A stretch of 64,000 bases of DNA from an archaeon (GTDB lineage Archaea; Nanobdellota; Nanobdellia; Pacearchaeales; GW2011-AR1). The translations under genes were made by a program, and so were the position numbers. Where the stretch lies: positions 19,966 to 83,965 of the forward strand of contig JABIDS010000009.1 in assembly GCA_018651605.1 (NCBI GenBank). The letters run 5' to 3'. Positions 63,147 to 64,000 of the stretch are shown here, piece after piece; within the stretch, counting starts at the first letter, position 1; each line of letters starts with the position of its first letter. The notes under the pieces were generated by a model. The model was not told where the DNA came from, did no database searches, and saw nothing but the letters and a program-made list of their open reading frames with translations.

Positions 63147-63305
63147 ATAAACTAAACCAAGATTTGAAAATCCAGAAAATTTTTAATTTTCTGGTCCATT
63201 CAAAAACCTATGGGTTTTTTGAAGGTCTTGACAGGATCATAAACTAAACCAAGATTTGAAAATCCAGAAAATTTTTTGAAGGTCTTGACAGGATCATAAA
63301 ATGCT
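63135..63305 (+). repeat. direct repeats of the tRNA-Ile 3' end plus downstream ~40 bp (cttgRcaggMtcataaactaaaccaagatttgaaaatccagaaaatttt x2, third truncated copy)
   Basis: aatcttggcaggctcataaactaaaccaagatttgaaaatccagaaaatttt (63132-63183) vs ggtcttgacaggatcataaactaaaccaagatttgaaaatccagaaaatttt (63225-63276), and again ggtcttgacaggatcataaa (63283-63302). Confidence 0.7.
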
Positions 63306-63338
63306 AAGGTTTTTAAACGAACTTTAGCACAATAAAAT

Positions 63339-63911
63339 ATGGTAAAAGGATTATATCACGCAATTCGGAAGGCTTGGAAAAAGCCAGACGTTGATACTCT
63401 TAGAGCTCGAATGGTTGAATGGAGAAAGGAGAATGTTGTTACTAAAATTGAGAGGCCGACTCGTTTAGATAGGGCTCGTGCTTTGGGTTATAAGGCGAAG
63501 AAAGGTGTTGTTGTTGCTAGGGTGCGTGTTCTTCGTGGTGGAAGAAAAAGGGCAAGGACAAATAAAGGTAGGAAGAGTAAAAGGCATACTATTAAGAAAA
63601 CTGTTAAGATGAATTATAAATGGATTGCTGAGCAGAGAGCTGGAAAGAAGTTTCCTAATTTGGAAGTTTTGAATAGTTATAATTTAGGAAAAGATGGTAA
63701 ACATTATTTTTATGAAGTTATTTTAGTTGATGCTTCGAAGCCTGAGATTAAGAATGATAGAGTTTTGGGTTGGGTTGCCGATAAGAGTCATAGAAAAAGA
63801 GTTAGTCGTGGATTGACAAGTGCTGGTTTGAAGTCTAGAGGGATGCGTTCTAAGAGTCCGATGAATAAGAATAGGCCGAGTGTTAGGGCTGGTTTGAGGC
63901 GTGGGAAATAA
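63339..63911 (+). CDS. rpl15e: 50S ribosomal protein L15e
   Basis: MVKGLYHAIRKAWKKP…WRKE…RPTRLDRARALGYKAKKGVVVARVRVLRGGRKR… is the canonical L15e sequence pattern. Confidence 0.9.
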   Translation: MVKGLYHAIRKAWKKPDVDTLRARMVEWRKENVVTKIERPTRLDRARALGYKAKKGVVVARVRVLRGGRKRARTNKGRKSKRHTIKKTVKMNYKWIAEQRAGKKFPNLEVLNSYNLGKDGKHYFYEVILVDASKPEIKNDRVLGWVADKSHRKRVSRGLTSAGLKSRGMRSKSPMNKNRPSVRAGLRRGK

Positions 63912-64000
63912 GGGCTGGGTTGAGAAGAGGGAAGTAGTTGGTTCTGAATTAGCTGAGTTTTATAGAAAAAATTATTATTATATTCTACCAATAGCTTCTG

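Noticed and set aside
1-64000. rRNA genes, transposases, integrases, CRISPR-Cas
   Set aside because: Scanned translations and nucleotide sequence. No DDE/tyrosine-recombinase motifs, no rRNA-like conserved stretches, and no repeat-spacer arrays were seen.

Overview
This is an AT-rich, gene-dense archaeal window. Archaeal/eukaryal-type markers include ribosomal protein L15e, aRF1, TFS, Rpo11, RNase P Pop5, Sec61beta, NAC-alpha and aMBF1. Proteins are short and pathways reduced, so the most likely source is a DPANN-type symbiont genome. Native genes show a strong G+T bias on the coding strand.

Housekeeping content:
- DNA repair and topology: mre11-rad50, topoisomerase IA, RadB-like ATPase, endonuclease V, ScpB, dGTPase.
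- Translation: serS, valS (probable), metG, a standalone Trbp111-like tRNA-binding protein, aRF1, L15e.
- RNA and transcription: RNase J, Pop5, TFS, Rpo11, MBF1.
- Other: UppS, signal peptidase I, MinD.
- RNA genes: tRNA-Lys(CTT) in two identical copies, and tRNA-Ile(GAT).

Notable accessory content:
- A 2610-aa cysteine-rich giant surface protein with MopE-like repeats, LamG-like domains, a large internal duplication and a C-terminal TM anchor.
- A membrane-anchored S8 subtilase, translationally coupled to a small Cys-rich secreted ORF.
- An island at 20.8-27.3 kb built around duplicated tRNA-Lys genes and tRNA 3'-fragments. It carries a Zn-ribbon-Doc toxin and A-rich, foreign-looking genes.
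- At least three families of interspersed structured repeats:
  - a 150-400 bp element in three copies, two of which bracket mre11-rad50;
  - a ~100-nt ncRNA-like element with a covarying hairpin;
  - a GAC-UUC-GUC hairpin family, two copies of which bracket a four-gene cassette (two hypotheticals, ATP-cone/Mrr-like nuclease, RadB-like ATPase).
- Tandem triplication of the minD start region, with micro-ORFs.
- A one-gene insertion flanked by duplicated dGTPase 3' ends.
- tRNA-Ile 3'-end direct repeats.

No CRISPR array, rRNA or recognisable transposase/integrase was seen.
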